DNA from: Malassezia furfur | Taxonomy: Eukaryota | Reading direction: 5' to 3' (one strand) | NCBI GenBank assembly: GCA_052055015.1 | Contig: JBQJIT010000005.1 | Length of the DNA: 64,000 nucleotides | Part shown: piece by piece, positions 48,405-60,420 of the stretch | Layout of the letters: each line of letters opens with the position of its first letter | How positions within the stretch are numbered: the stretch's first letter is position 1 | Program-made: the position numbers and the translations under genes | Notes under the pieces: model-generated | Database searches by the model: none | What the model was told of the DNA's origin: nothing | Seen by the model: the letters and a program-made list of their open reading frames with translations, nothing else

Positions 48405-49802
48405 CGCTGCACTACGATGCGCCGGCGCACGGCACCTGGCTGCACGGGCGACGCGTCAGGCGGCGGTGCAGGCACCGCCGGCCGCTCGCGCTCCCAGCGC
48501 TCGTGACCCCACGCCCATGCCGCGTCGAGCACGAGGCTCCCAATGCCGAGCGCGTGCACAAGGTTTACGGCATAGGAAAAGTTGGCGTTGGCCGAGCCGG
48601 CATAGAGCCAGAGGTAGTGGAACGCGGGCATGAGCAGCGTCGCATACGCCACGAGCAGCGTCGTGACCATAGGATGGCGCAAGTCTGCGTCAGTCGTACA
48701 CGTACAGTCGGCAAGGCGCGCCGCCGACACGCTCCACAGCGCGACGAACAGTGCGGTGTCGTTCAACGACGGGTAGTTTTGGAAGAGGCACACAATGCCG
48801 TACAGCAGCGTCACGGCAAACAGCGGGTCCGAGCTGGGTGAGCAGGGCACGTACCGGTACTGGATCGTGATCGGCACCATGTACGCCCACATATGTGCGT
48901 TCACCACCAGCACGTAGAAGGACTGGAAGTGCTCAAACATCTGCACGAAAAAGTACCATGCCAGGCCGGACGACGGTGCGAGGTCGTCGAGCAGCAGACG
49001 GCTGCCGTACACGCTGCGCACAAACTCGCCGCTCCTGTCGCGCGACAAAGCCCACGAGGCAAGCAGCCCAAGCGCCAGCACCACAGCCATGCGCACGGCC
49101 ACCGCGCGCGTCCACATCCACCACGCATCGCTGCGGCGCACGCCAAAGTGCGCGCGCCAGCGGCCGTACGCGGTGTGTGAGTCGGCGCCGAACAGCACGA
49201 GCGCGGGCGTGAGCATCGCGGGCGTGAGGAACAGCAGCGTGCCGAGCGTGTGGGCGAGCGCCAAGCCCCACGACGCGCCGTACACGGCAAACAGCACCGA
49301 CGCAGCGACGAGCAGGGCGCGTAGCGTCGCCATCGACTTGGCCGCACAGCATGCAATCGTATAGGGATTGAGCCAGTAACTGTGTGAGCCGCGCACGTAC
49401 CAGGCGGCAACCGCCGCGGGCGTCAGAAATGGCGTCTGCGGCTGTTGCTTCGCACGGCGGTTCACGGCGGCGGCGAGCGCCAGGCCCGTCGCGACGTCCA
49501 TTGCGATCCACAGCATCGCCGAGCACACAGGGCGCTGGATAAAGCGCTCACCCAGCAAAAGTAGCAGCGGCGAGTGGTGCACCGACAGCGAGGCCCACAG
49601 GGCGCGGGCGTCGACGTGCCAAGCGGTGAGCAGCGCGTGCATTTCGCGTACTGGGGTCAGACTGGCACGTACGCAGCTCGATGCGATCCATCGACGTCGC
49701 CAGCGCGGTGCTTGTCGTGAGCTCCTCGCCCCACAGCGTCCACCACGAGAGCAGCACGCGCACGCCGACCGCGACGGCGCACGCCGCGACGACGCCCTTC
49801 AT
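48401..49802 (-). CDS. GAB1: GPI transamidase subunit PIG-U/Gab1
   Basis: HHSPLLL, YWLNPYTI, DLAPSSGLAWYFFVQMFEHF, GSANANF; introns 49651-49672, 49380-49400, 48834-48854 and 48685-48705. Confidence 0.88.
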
Positions 49803-49840
49803 CGTGCGCAGGTGGAGGCCAAAGCGGTGCGTCCGCCGCG

Positions 49841-51002
49841 ATGAACTTCCTGTTCAAGACGAAGCAGCGCTCGCCGCACGAGCTCGTGCGCGGCATGCGT
49901 GATGCCATGGTGCGCCTCGGCGTCGTCGAGACAGCCCCGGACACGCTTGTGCTCCGCGACGCGCCCAGCAGCGAGGTGCGGCGTAAGCAGGGCGAGGAGC
50001 TCCACGCGGGCATCCAGCAGGCCAAGCACCTCCTGTACGGCGAGGGCGGGCAGGACCCCGTGCCAGAGCAGGTCGCACAGCTTGCACAGGACGTATACCA
50101 GACGCACCTCATCCAGTACCTGCTCGTGTACCTACCGCGCCTCGAGTTCGAAGCACGCAAGGACGTCGTCCAGATTTTTGCGGCACTGCTGCAGCGCAAC
50201 ATTGGGACGCGCCTGCCGACCGTGGAGTACATTGCCGCTAATCCGGTGATTGTGCTTCTTACGCTACGCGGCTATGCGGATGCCGACATTGCGCTCAACA
50301 CCGGCATGATGCTCCACGAGCTGGTGCAGCACGAGGCGCTCGCAAAGATTCTGCTCTACTCGGACGAGTGCGTGCATGGGCTAACGCAGCTTTTACCGCT
50401 TCCCTGAGTACATTGACACCACATCGTTTGGGATATCGTGCGACGCATTTGCCAACTTTCGTGTACGTGCGCCGCTAACCCAGGAAACGCTCGTGCGGCA
50501 TCGCGCGGTCACCGCCGAGTACCTAGAGCAGCACTACGAACGGGTACGTCGCACGCTGACCCAGTTTTTTGCCATGTATAACCAGCTGCTTGACTCGTCC
50601 AACTATGTGACCAAGCGGCAATCGCTCAAGCTGCTCGGCGGCCTGCTGGTGGACCGTGCGAACTACAACACGATGCTGCGCTACGTCGCCGACGAGAACA
50701 ACCTGAAGCGCATTATGAACCTGTTCCGCGATCGCAGCAAGAACATCCAACTCGAAACCTTCCACGTATTTAAGGTGTTCGTGGCCAACCCCAAAAAGAC
50801 GCCGGCCGTCGAGGCCATCCTCCAGCGCAACCGCAGCCGCCTGCTCGCCTTCTTGTCCGATTTTTTGCGCGACCGCACAGGCACGTCTATCTACTCACGC
50901 AGACGAGTCGTTCATCGACGAGCGTCAATATGTGATGCAGATCATTGCGTACGTCGCGCCGACTGACCCAGCGCACTTCCCGCGTCGTCCAAAGGTGCAT
51001 AG
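49841..51002 (+). CDS. HYM1: MO25/Hym1 scaffold
   Basis: LEFEARKDV, NYVTKRQSLKLLG, FHVFKVFVANP; five introns (50368-50389, 50463-50483, 50544-50564, 50881-50902, 50949-50971). Confidence 0.92.
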
Positions 51003-51015
51003 CTGTACGATAGAC

Positions 51016-53599
51016 CTACGAGCGCTGGGCCCAGTCAAACTGGTCCTTAATGGCCTCGCCGGAAGCCGTTGTAAAACTCACACGCACACGCAGCCGCACG
51101 GGGCCCTGGATCGCGCCCGAAACGTGCATCGTCTGCGTCGCGTCCGCCCCCGGTGCGATCGAGGTGGAGGAGATCGGGGACATTTGCAGCTTCTGGCTCT
51201 TGGGCACCGCGGCCTGGAAGGCGAGCGCACTGACGGGCGCATCGGCCGTAAAGTGCGCCTGCAGCTGCACCTGCGTGTCGGTGCGTTGCACACGGAAGGC
51301 AATGCGCACACCATGCTTAGCGTACGCCTCCTGCGCGGGCTCCGCAGCAGGCGCTGGTGCCGGCGCACGCGAAACGGGCGCATCGCCGCCCAACAGGTCG
51401 AGCGCATCCATGCCTTGCGTCACACTGGCCACCGACGAAGATGCTGCAGCAGGCGCTGCACTCGGCGCCGGCGCGTCAAACAGACCGAGGATGTCGGCAG
51501 TGGACGACTTGGGCGCCGCAGCGGCAGGCGCAGCGGCAGGCGCCGCAGCGGGCGCGACCGGTGTGTCACCGAAAATATCGGCCAGCAGATCGCTCTGCGT
51601 CGTGGCAGCGGCTTGTGTTGGCTGCGACAGCGCGGCAGCCTCGCCGGTGAGGTCAAGCAGCGCGTCCTGGTCATTGCGAGTCGACCCGACGGGCTTTGTC
51701 TCACTGACCGTACCGAGCATGGTCTGGCGGATCTCGGGGAGCGGCATGGTTTCAAGCACGCCGAAGCCAATGTCGCCGCGCTGCAGGAGCGCGCGGTACT
51801 CGATTGCCCGCTTCTGCGTCTCGACATCGACCGCGTCGCTGTACTGCGCAAAGATAGCGAGGATGCGCTCCTGCTGCTTGCGGTCGCTGATACGCACGTA
51901 CAGCTTCGCAAGTGCAGTCAAGACGTACTCGCGCGTGACCTCGTCGGCGTACACCGATTCGAGCAGCGAAGTGAGCAGGTCGACGATGCGCTGCGGCGTC
52001 ACGTGATGCTCACCGGTGTCGTCCGCAAAGGTGCCCATCTCGAGGAGCGTCTCGCCAAACTCGCCCAGAACCCACACCGCGGCGAGCGTCTGGCTGTGCT
52101 GCGACAGGTCGCTGTTCAGCGCCGAGTAGAGGCGCTGGGTGGTATACGCTTGGAGCTCGGGTGTGTGGCAGACGAGCCGGATGAACGAGCCCAGCACCTC
52201 GTCGCGGATGTGGTTGCCGGCCGTGCGCAGGACGTGCAGCATGGTGTCAATGTGCCAGCGCTTATTCGGCGCAAAGCGTTCCGCGGCAACGCACATCTGC
52301 GTCGTGAGCGACAGCTTAAACTCGGTATCAGCGACCTCGAGGAAGGAAAGCAGCTCGCGCATCAGCGCCGTCACATTCGACGCGTTGATCAGCGTGTAGG
52401 TCAGCTCCAGCGCACGCCGCCGGATTGAGATATCGGCGTCGCGCAGACACTCGAGGATCGTTGCGCGGTGCCGCTGGACGGCATTGGTATCGATAGTGAC
52501 CACCTTGTTGAGCGTGTTGAGCGCGACGTAGCGGATGTTGTTGTCGCGGTTCCCAAGGAACTTGCCGAGAATGTTGATCGCCATGACGCGCAGCGCCGAG
52601 TCCGCCTGGATCTCGAGGATGGTCAAAACACACTCGTAGAGGATCGCATTGCCGACGCTCTTGCTTGCCTCGGTATTGGTCGCGACCTGCGCGAGGATGT
52701 CGTTGACCAGCTCTGAGACCTGTGCACTATCCTTGCCAAGCACGCGCAAAAAGCGCAGGATCTTGGCCTGCAAAAAGGGGTCGGTGATGCCCGCCACGTC
52801 GTGCTCCGGGGAAAAGGAGGTCGAGAGCAGGTTTTTCAGCGTCGCCACGAGCGCCGACGTCGCGCGGCGGTACTCGGGGATCGCACTGGGGTCCGTCTCG
52901 CAAATTTGGATGGCCAGGCTCAGCGCACAGATCTGCACGCCATGGCTCTTGTCGCCGAGCAGCTGGAGTGTGCGCTCGCGGAAATGGTCCACGAGGTCAG
53001 GCACCTTGCGCACGATGCGCTTGGCGCACAACGCAGCCTTTTTGCGAATGTACGAGTTGCCGCTGCCCATGAGCTTCTCGATTTCGTTGCATAGATCACG
53101 CGACATTTCCTCGGAGGCGATGTTCGCAAACGTGCACAGCGCGAGGCCCACGACATACATGCTTGAGTGGTTCATGTCACTGCGTTAGCTTTCACAACAC
53201 GTACTTTTTCAGCCCGTTGGTGACAAGCATGAGCACCTGGGCGTTCTCGTCTAGGAGGAGCATAATGCCGAGGTAGCCGAGGCGTTTGTCCGTGAAGCGC
53301 GGCGACGCCACGAGTTTCAAGCACTCCATCTGCCCGAAGTGCGCGGGATAGCCGAGCATGTGGATGTACAGCAGCTTCGACAGGTTGTTGTACCGCATAA
53401 ACGGGTCGTCGTCCTTGAACGACGTGCGGATCGCTGCCGACTCCTTCTGCAAGAGGGAGCGCTCGTCCGCGAGCGTCTTGCACGCGCGCACACCCTTGAT
53501 CAGCGAGCGCAGGTTGTACAGCCCTGCGCTCGCCATGAGCCCGCCGAGGCGCGGGTCCAGCGCAGCGACCTGCTGCTGCTTCTGGAAAAAGGCCGCCAT
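51016..53599 (-). CDS. APL4: AP-1 complex gamma-adaptin
   Basis: [39 protein letters not shown] ear [13 protein letters not shown]; intron 53180-53204. Confidence 0.94.
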
Positions 53600-53642
53600 A
53601 GCGTCGGAGCGCAAGGTGCGCGGCGGGGGACTACGCACGTGA

Positions 53643-55634
53643 CTATCCAGGGCGCGGTGGCAGCCCCACGAGGCTCTTGGGAGAGCGCAAGCGCACGGCC
53701 AACACCGCCGCTGCGGCCATCACCTGCATCGCTGCGTCAGATATATCGACGTACCCGTAATGACAAAGAACACGAGCGACGGCGCACTTGCCGCGCTCGC
53801 GCGAAAAACCGAAGTAAACACGTAGGGGCCGACAATCGAGCTTGACACGGTGCTCAGCACCGCAAAGGCGCCAAACAGGCGCCCGGCTTCGTTCGGATCG
53901 CGGATCAGCGCGAGCGCCAGCGAGGTCACCGCCGAGCCAACGCCTCCACCGAGTGACGTGAGCAGCACAGCAAACAAAAAGAGCCACGTCGTGCGCGCCA
54001 GGCCGGTAACGGTGCACGCAAGCCCCGTGAGCAGCGCCGAGCCGACAGCGAGACGCACCTGGGTTAGCTTCTACACATACATCCATGCGTGAGTCGTGGA
54101 TGAGCCGCATAAGCTTGGCACGCTGCACCCACTGCTTCTCGAGGCGGTGGTCGGCAGCGCTCCATGCTCCGGCCTCAGCAGACGACGCACTCGATGACGC
54201 ACTGCTTGCGCGACGCCCCTCGGCATCGAGCGCGGTAGGCTCATCAACGTGCGTCTCGACCTGCGCATCCTGCGGGAGTGCAATCGTGCGCAGCGGGCGG
54301 TGCACATAGCGGATCAGGACTGGCAACACGACCACCAGCATCAACATCCGCGTCAGCGCCGTGAAGCTCACAAAGAACCCGAGCATCTCGGAGCCCCAGT
54401 TGAACACGAGCTGCACATACTGGATCTTTATCGGGACAATGGCGATTGTCGCACTCTCGAGGAAGTAGGCGATGCCGACGAGGAGCATGTTGATGTCCCA
54501 CGACCCTGAGCGGTGCGTGTGCGGCACCGAGAGGTGGACGGGCGCCTCGGGTGCATCCGCAGGTGTATCGGGGTCAGTGGCAAGTGGTGCATATCCTGTG
54601 TGCATGCGCTCCGGCAGCAGGATGCGCAGCGAGTGCAGCGGTGCGAGCGCTGCAGCGCTGATGCGCTGCCACACGCTCATGGCCGGCGCGTCGCGCTGCG
54701 CCTCCCGCCACGCGCCCTCGGCCTTGGCACGCCGTGCGGCCGTAAGGCTTTCGGGCACAAACGGAAGCAGCACAATGATCGCAAGGTGCAGCCCTGCGGC
54801 GATCCACAGCGTGAGCGTCACATCGCGTGTCACGACCGTGAGGAAACCGCCGATGGTGGGCCCAATCGCGACGCCCGCAAACGTCGCACCAGTCATAAAC
54901 GCAAACAGCCGGGCACGCGTGCCACTCGGCGTCACGTCCGAGATGTAGCATTGGCTCATTGCGGTCACGGCGCTGTAACCACCCAAGGCGCCCTCGATCG
55001 ACGAGCCGATCGCGAGAAAGTTGGCACCCATGGGCAAGTCGCGGAGCGATACGCGCGACACGATAAGCACGACCACGTCCATAATAAAGATGCCGAGCAC
55101 ATTGATCATCATAATCCGGTTGCGCCCTTTACGGTCCGATAGCCGCGACCAGAAACCGGCAGAGAAGGCGCATCCGATGCCGTTCGTCAGCAGCAGGACA
55201 AGCTGCAGCGAAGACAGTCGGCGCTGCGCCTCGGGCGACTGCCGGCACATCTGCGATGGGATATGGGGGCGCCCACTCGCCGAGACGCCGGGTGGCAGTC
55301 CCATCTCGTCGCACAACAAGGATAAGTACATCTCCATGCGGGGCGCGAGCAAAATCCCGCCAGAAAGCGAGAAAAGCAGACAGATAGGATACAGCCATCC
55401 CGTATGCGGCCGGCGCCACCACGGCAGCGAAGCAAGCCACGCCAGGTCCTCGTCGCCCACAGGCGCGGGTGCATGCGCGTCCTCCTCGTGCTCGATAGCT
55501 TCCTGTAGCAGGGGGTCCTGCACTTCGACAGGGTCAACGAGCGAAAATGCACCCGTTCCATGCGGAGGCAGGTGCCCGCTCGATGCAAGCGACCCGCCGA
55601 CCGATACGCGCGACTCGGACGCGGAGCGCCGCAT
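53643..55634 (-). CDS. MFS transporter (SLC46/TetA-like), substrate unknown
   Basis: [33 protein letters not shown], many TM helices; introns 54059-54080 and 53732-53754. Confidence 0.82.
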   Translation of the reverse strand: MRRSASESRVSVGGSLASSGHLPPHGTGAFSLVDPVEVQDPLLQEAIEHEEDAHAPAPVGDEDLAWLASLPWWRRPHTGWLYPICLLFSLSGGILLAPRMEMYLSLLCDEMGLPPGVSASGRPHIPSQMCRQSPEAQRRLSSLQLVLLLTNGIGCAFSAGFWSRLSDRKGRNRIMMINVLGIFIMDVVVLIVSRVSLRDLPMGANFLAIGSSIEGALGGYSAVTAMSQCYISDVTPSGTRARLFAFMTGATFAGVAIGPTIGGFLTVVTRDVTLTLWIAAGLHLAIIVLLPFVPESLTAARRAKAEGAWREAQRDAPAMSVWQRISAAALAPLHSLRILLPERMHTGYAPLATDPDTPADAPEAPVHLSVPHTHRSGSWDINMLLVGIAYFLESATIAIVPIKIQYVQLVFNWGSEMLGFFVSFTALTRMLMLVVVLPVLIRYVHRPLRTIALPQDAQVETHVDEPTALDAEGRRASSASSSASSAEAGAWSAADHRLEKQWVQRAKLMRLIHDSRMDVCVEANPGASRCRLGAAHGACVHRYRPGAHDVALFVCCAAHVTRWRRWLGGDLAGARADPRSERSRAPVWRLCGAEHRVKLDCRPLRVYFGFSRERGKCAVARVLCHYGYVDISDAAMQVMAAAAVLAVRLRSPKSLVGLPPRPG

Positions 55635-55713
55635 AAGCTAGGGGTGGGGGTGGGGGCCAGGGTCAGGGATTAAGGTGCCTCCACTCCAGCGCCTCCACCC
55701 ACGTGGCTTCCTT

Positions 55714-58515
55714 ATGGCGGCCGCGACGCGCGAAGACGAGGAGGAGCGTGGCGCACTGACGTCCGCGCTCGAGCGCTTGTCGGTCGACGCAGGTGATTAT
55801 GTGGCATCCGACGATGAGGAGGAGGAAGAAGAAGACAATGAGCCACTCGCACCGTACGCGTGCGCGTACTGTGGCCTCGCCGACGTGCGTAGCTGCGTCC
55901 AGTGCCTGCATTGTTCCAAGTGGTTCTGCAATGGGCGCGGCCAAACGCCCGGCTCGCACATTGTGATGCACCTCGTGCGATCGCGACACAAAAGCATTCA
56001 GCTGCACTCTGACTCGCCGCTCGGCGATACGGTGCCGGAGTGCTATGCGTGCGGCTCGAAGAATCCCTTTGTCCTGGGCTTCATCCCCGCCAAGGGCAAT
56101 GCAGTCGTGGTGCTACTGTGTCGTAGCCCGTGTGCGCACACGTCCACGTCCAAGGACGTGACGTGGGACACATCGCAATGGTCGCCGCTCATCCAGGACC
56201 GTGCGTTTTTGTCATGGTTCGTCGCAGCACCGACCGCCGAGGAAGCACGGCATACGCGCAAGGTGAACGCGCAAGAGATTAGCATGCTGGAGGACCTGTG
56301 GCGCAGCAATGAGCAGGCGACGTTCCGCGACTTGCAGACGACGCAGGTCGAGGAGGAGGTCGTCAAGACACAGGCTGTGTACAAGGATGCGTACGAATAC
56401 CAGCGCATTTTTGCGCCGCTTGTCGCGATTGAGGCTGAATACGATCGTAAGCTGCGCGAGAGCCAGGTGCAGAATGCGGTGGTGGTGCGCTGGGACACGA
56501 CGAACCCGCGCAAGCCGCGCGCCTGGCTCGAGATGCCGCAGCTCGAAAGCGGCGAACTGCGCATGGCCGTCGGCGATGAAATCAAGCTCAAGTACCAGGG
56601 CGAGCTGCATGCGCCATGGGAGGCTGTTGTCCAGGTGGTCTCTGTGCCGCAGAACGCCGTGACCGAGGTGGGCATCGAGCTGCGCCACGGCACGTACGCG
56701 CCCACACAGTGCACGCACAACTTTACCGCCGAGTTTATCTGGAAAGGCACAACGTTTGATCGCATGCACAGCGCGTTGCGCCGCTTCGCGAACGAGCACG
56801 GGTGCATGAGTGGCTACCTGATGCGCTCGCTGCTTGGCCACGCTATGCCGCCCAGCACGCTCACCACACCGCTGCCGACGCGCTTCACCGTGCCCGGCCT
56901 GCCAGAGCTGAACCACAGCCAGGTGTGTGCAGTGAAGGCGGTGCTCTCGCGCCCCCTTGCGCTCATCCAGGGGCCGCCGGGCACGGGCAAAACGGTGACG
57001 AGCGCGTCGATTGTGTACCACCTGTGCCAGATGTACCCCGGCCCGGTGCTCGTGTGTGCGCCTTCGAACGTCGCGGTGGACCAGCTCACCGAGAAGCTGC
57101 ACCAGACCGGCCTGAAGGTGGTGCGTGTGCTTGCGCGCACGCGCGAGAGCCTCAGCAACACGGTCAACTTTTTGTCGCTGCACGAGCAGCTCGCCAAGGC
57201 GAGCATGAGCCCCGAGCTCGCACGACTTACGCGGCTCAAGAGCGGGCATGGCGAGCTGAGCACCAGCGACGAGCGCCGCTACCGCTCGATGATGAAGGCA
57301 TGCGAGCGCGAGATCCTCAAGGCTGCCGACGTGATCTGCACCACCTGCTCGGGCATGGGCGACGTGCGTGTGCAGGGCCTCACGATCCGCTCCGTGCTCA
57401 TGGACGAGGCGACCCAAGCCACAGAGCCCGAGTCGCTCATTCCGCTCGTGCACGGATGCAAGCAGCTCGTATTGGTCGGCGACCACAAGCAGCTCGGGCC
57501 GGTGATCATGAACCGCAAGGCGGCGCAGGCAGGTATGAAGAGCAGCCTGTTTGAGCGCATGATCCAGCTCGGACACCGCCCGCTGCGCCTCGAGGTGCAG
57601 TACCGCATGCACCCCTGCCTCTCCGAGTTCCCCAGCAACATGTTCTACGACGGTGCGCTGCAGAACGGTGTCACGGCGCAGGAGCGCCAGCAGCGCAACA
57701 TCGACTTCCCATGGCCGAACCCCGGTGCACCCATGTTCTTCCGGCAGAACCTCGGGCAAGAGGAGATCTCGGGGAGCGGCACCACGTTTCTCAACCGCAC
57801 CGAGGCGTCCAGCGTGGAGAAGATGGTCACAAGCCTGCTCAAGGCGCACGTTCTTCCGAGCCAGATCGGGATTGTGACGCCGTACGAAGGGCAGCGCCAC
57901 TACCTCATCACGCATATGCAGCTGCACGGCAGCCTCCGCAAGGAACTCTACCGCGAGATCGAAGTCGCGAGCGTCGATGCGTTCCAGGGACGCGAGAAGG
58001 ACTATATTCTCGTGAGCTGCGTACGCAGCAGCGAGCGCCAGGGCATCGGCTTTTTGAGCGATCCGCGCCGGCTCAACGTCGCCCTGACCCGTGCGCGATT
58101 CGGCCTGATTATCGTCGGGAATCCCAAGGTACTGAGCCGCGACCCGCTGTGGTACTACCTTCTGCAGCACTTCAAGGCACAGCAGCTCCTCGTCGAGGGG
58201 CCCCTATCAAACCTACAGCCGTCTATGATCCAGTTCCCGCGTGTGCCGCCGGGCGTGCGCGCGCAGGAGCGCCGCCAGGCCGAGGGCCTCGCCGTCGACC
58301 CGGTGCGAGCACCGTTCCGTACACAGCCTTCGGCCACGCCCGATGCGCATGTGCCGTGGGGCAGCGGTGCGCACGGCACCCCGCTCCTCTCGCTCTCGAA
58401 GAGCGACCGCCTCACCGAGGACGACGAGCTCGAGCTGCGCAGCCAGGCGTCTGTCGCGGACGACGACACGGCGGACCTGAGCGTCTTCGCGACACACACC
58501 TCCATACCGCCGTAG
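55714..58515 (+). CDS. UPF1: NMD RNA helicase Upf1
   Basis: CH zinc domain (CAYCG..KWFCNG), [35 protein letters not shown]. Confidence 0.95.
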   Translation: MAAATREDEEERGALTSALERLSVDAGDYVASDDEEEEEEDNEPLAPYACAYCGLADVRSCVQCLHCSKWFCNGRGQTPGSHIVMHLVRSRHKSIQLHSDSPLGDTVPECYACGSKNPFVLGFIPAKGNAVVVLLCRSPCAHTSTSKDVTWDTSQWSPLIQDRAFLSWFVAAPTAEEARHTRKVNAQEISMLEDLWRSNEQATFRDLQTTQVEEEVVKTQAVYKDAYEYQRIFAPLVAIEAEYDRKLRESQVQNAVVVRWDTTNPRKPRAWLEMPQLESGELRMAVGDEIKLKYQGELHAPWEAVVQVVSVPQNAVTEVGIELRHGTYAPTQCTHNFTAEFIWKGTTFDRMHSALRRFANEHGCMSGYLMRSLLGHAMPPSTLTTPLPTRFTVPGLPELNHSQVCAVKAVLSRPLALIQGPPGTGKTVTSASIVYHLCQMYPGPVLVCAPSNVAVDQLTEKLHQTGLKVVRVLARTRESLSNTVNFLSLHEQLAKASMSPELARLTRLKSGHGELSTSDERRYRSMMKACEREILKAADVICTTCSGMGDVRVQGLTIRSVLMDEATQATEPESLIPLVHGCKQLVLVGDHKQLGPVIMNRKAAQAGMKSSLFERMIQLGHRPLRLEVQYRMHPCLSEFPSNMFYDGALQNGVTAQERQQRNIDFPWPNPGAPMFFRQNLGQEEISGSGTTFLNRTEASSVEKMVTSLLKAHVLPSQIGIVTPYEGQRHYLITHMQLHGSLRKELYREIEVASVDAFQGREKDYILVSCVRSSERQGIGFLSDPRRLNVALTRARFGLIIVGNPKVLSRDPLWYYLLQHFKAQQLLVEGPLSNLQPSMIQFPRVPPGVRAQERRQAEGLAVDPVRAPFRTQPSATPDAHVPWGSGAHGTPLLSLSKSDRLTEDDELELRSQASVADDDTADLSVFATHTSIPP

Positions 58516-58577
58516 CACGTGCCACGCACCCCATCGGCGCAAATGTGGGGAAATCTCGACTTGCTTCTCTCTTTCAC

Positions 58578-60306
58578 ATGGCGCCCGAACTGACGAGCCC
58601 GGTGCCGTACCACCCCGTGAGGGTGTCGTCGGGGAAGTACGTGGACGCTACTGACGGCGCAGCCTGTATGACTGGATCGCGTCGAACCCGACCAAGCTGA
58701 AGGCATCGGATCTCGCGCAATGGCGCCTGGACGGCAAGGCGCAGACGTACGTCGCCCTCACTCACCCAGCCGCGGCGAGATCGAGGACATGGCGGGCAAG
58801 ATCGCCTACTTCCTCCGCAAAAAGCTCGGGCTCAAGGAGGACGCGCGCGTCGCTGTGATCGCGCCGAACTCCACGCTTTACACCCCGGTGATCTTGGGCA
58901 TCGTCAAGGCCGGCCTCACGGCGGTGCCGCTCAACCCCATCTACTCGGTCGACGAGCTCGAGCACCCCGTGGTCGACTCGGACATTTCAGCCTTCTTTGT
59001 ATTCCCACCAATCGTGGGCAATGTACTCGCCGTGCTGGAGCGCACCAAGCGCCCCACGACGACACCCAACGGCCAAAAAGCGATCTGGCTCATGGACGAG
59101 GCCGACAAGGTCGCCGAGGCCAAGACGGGCGAGCGCGACTTTCGTACGGCACTCACCGACTGGCTTCCTACGCAAAAGGTGTCATCTCCTCGCGAAAAGG
59201 TTGCCGTGATCGTCTACTCGAGCGGCACCAGCGGCAAGCCCAAGGGCGTGCAGCTGACGCACACCAACATGAAAGCGGGCACTGAGACGCTGATGATCCA
59301 CGCGCAGGGCGATATTGGGCACTCCCAGACGGCTGTCGCCGTCCTGCCCATGTTCCACATCTTTGGTCTGAACGTACTCGTGTTCAGCGCCTTCCTGGTG
59401 GGCATGAAAGTGGTCGTGGTGCCGCGCTTTGACATGGAAGTGTTTTGTGCCACCATCCAAAAGTACAAGGTGTCTCTTGCGATGATTGTGCCGCCCATGG
59501 CGCTCGGTCTCGCCAAGAGCCCGATCGTCGACAAGTACGACCTGAGCTCGCTGCGCATCGTCCTGAGCGGTGCCGCTCCGCTCGGTGTCGAGCTGGGTGA
59601 CCAGGTGGAGCGCCGCCTGCCCAATGCACGCGTCACGCAGGGCTACGGCCTGAGCGAGACGACACCCGTGATCACCTTTACGCGTCACGGCGAGTACCGC
59701 GACCACAAGGGAACGTGCGGCAACGTCCTGCCCGGTGTCTATGTGCGTCTTGTCGACGAAGACGGCAAGGATGTGGCCGATAAGCAAGGCACCGATGGCG
59801 TCCCCGGCGAGATGTGGGTCAAGAGCGACATTGTCATGAAGGGGTACCTGAACAACCCAGCCGCGAACGAGGAGTGTCTCACGCCGGACGGCTGGTTCAA
59901 GACCGGTGATATCGCTATTTGCAAGAAGGGCTACATGTACATTGTGGATCGCAAGAAGGAGCTCATCAAGTACAAGGGCTTCCAGGTGCCGCCCGCCGAG
60001 CTCGAGGCGATCCTGCACGACAATCCGGACGTGGCGGACGTTGCGGTCGTGGGTGTGCAAGACAAAGAACAAGCCACGGAGCTGCCGCGTGCATACATCG
60101 TGCCGTCGGCTTCGGCGCTCGACCTCGACAAGAGCACGCCCGAGGAGCAGGCAGCGCTCAGCAAGCGCATCCAAGACTGGCTCGGCAGCCGCGTCGCGAA
60201 CCACAAGAAACTGCGTGGTGGCGTGGTGCTGATCAAGGAGGTGCCAAAGAGCCCCTCGGGCAAGATTCTGCGCCGCTTCCTGCGCGACCGCGCCAACGCC
60301 AAGTAG
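58578..60306 (+). CDS. 4-coumarate-CoA-ligase-like acyl-CoA synthetase
   Basis: YSSGTSGKPKG, QGYGLSET, TGD, ELIKYKGFQVPPAELE, PKSPSGKILRR; two 5' micro-introns (approx. 58637-58662 and 58747-58769). Confidence 0.9.
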
Positions 60307-60420
60307 ATAACTCGCTGTCCATAGACCGCATCCTCGTCTACGCAGCCTGCGCGGCGGCCGCCTCCACTCGTGGCCTGTGCACCACCTTCCTCGGCCGGGC
60401 GCGTGCGATTGGTGCGCCGC

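Noticed and set aside
60295..60325. Cryptic PTS1 on the 4CL-like ligase (ends ANAK)
   Set aside because: Readthrough gives ITRCP, there is no TGA-CTA context, and I found no splice producing an SKL-like end
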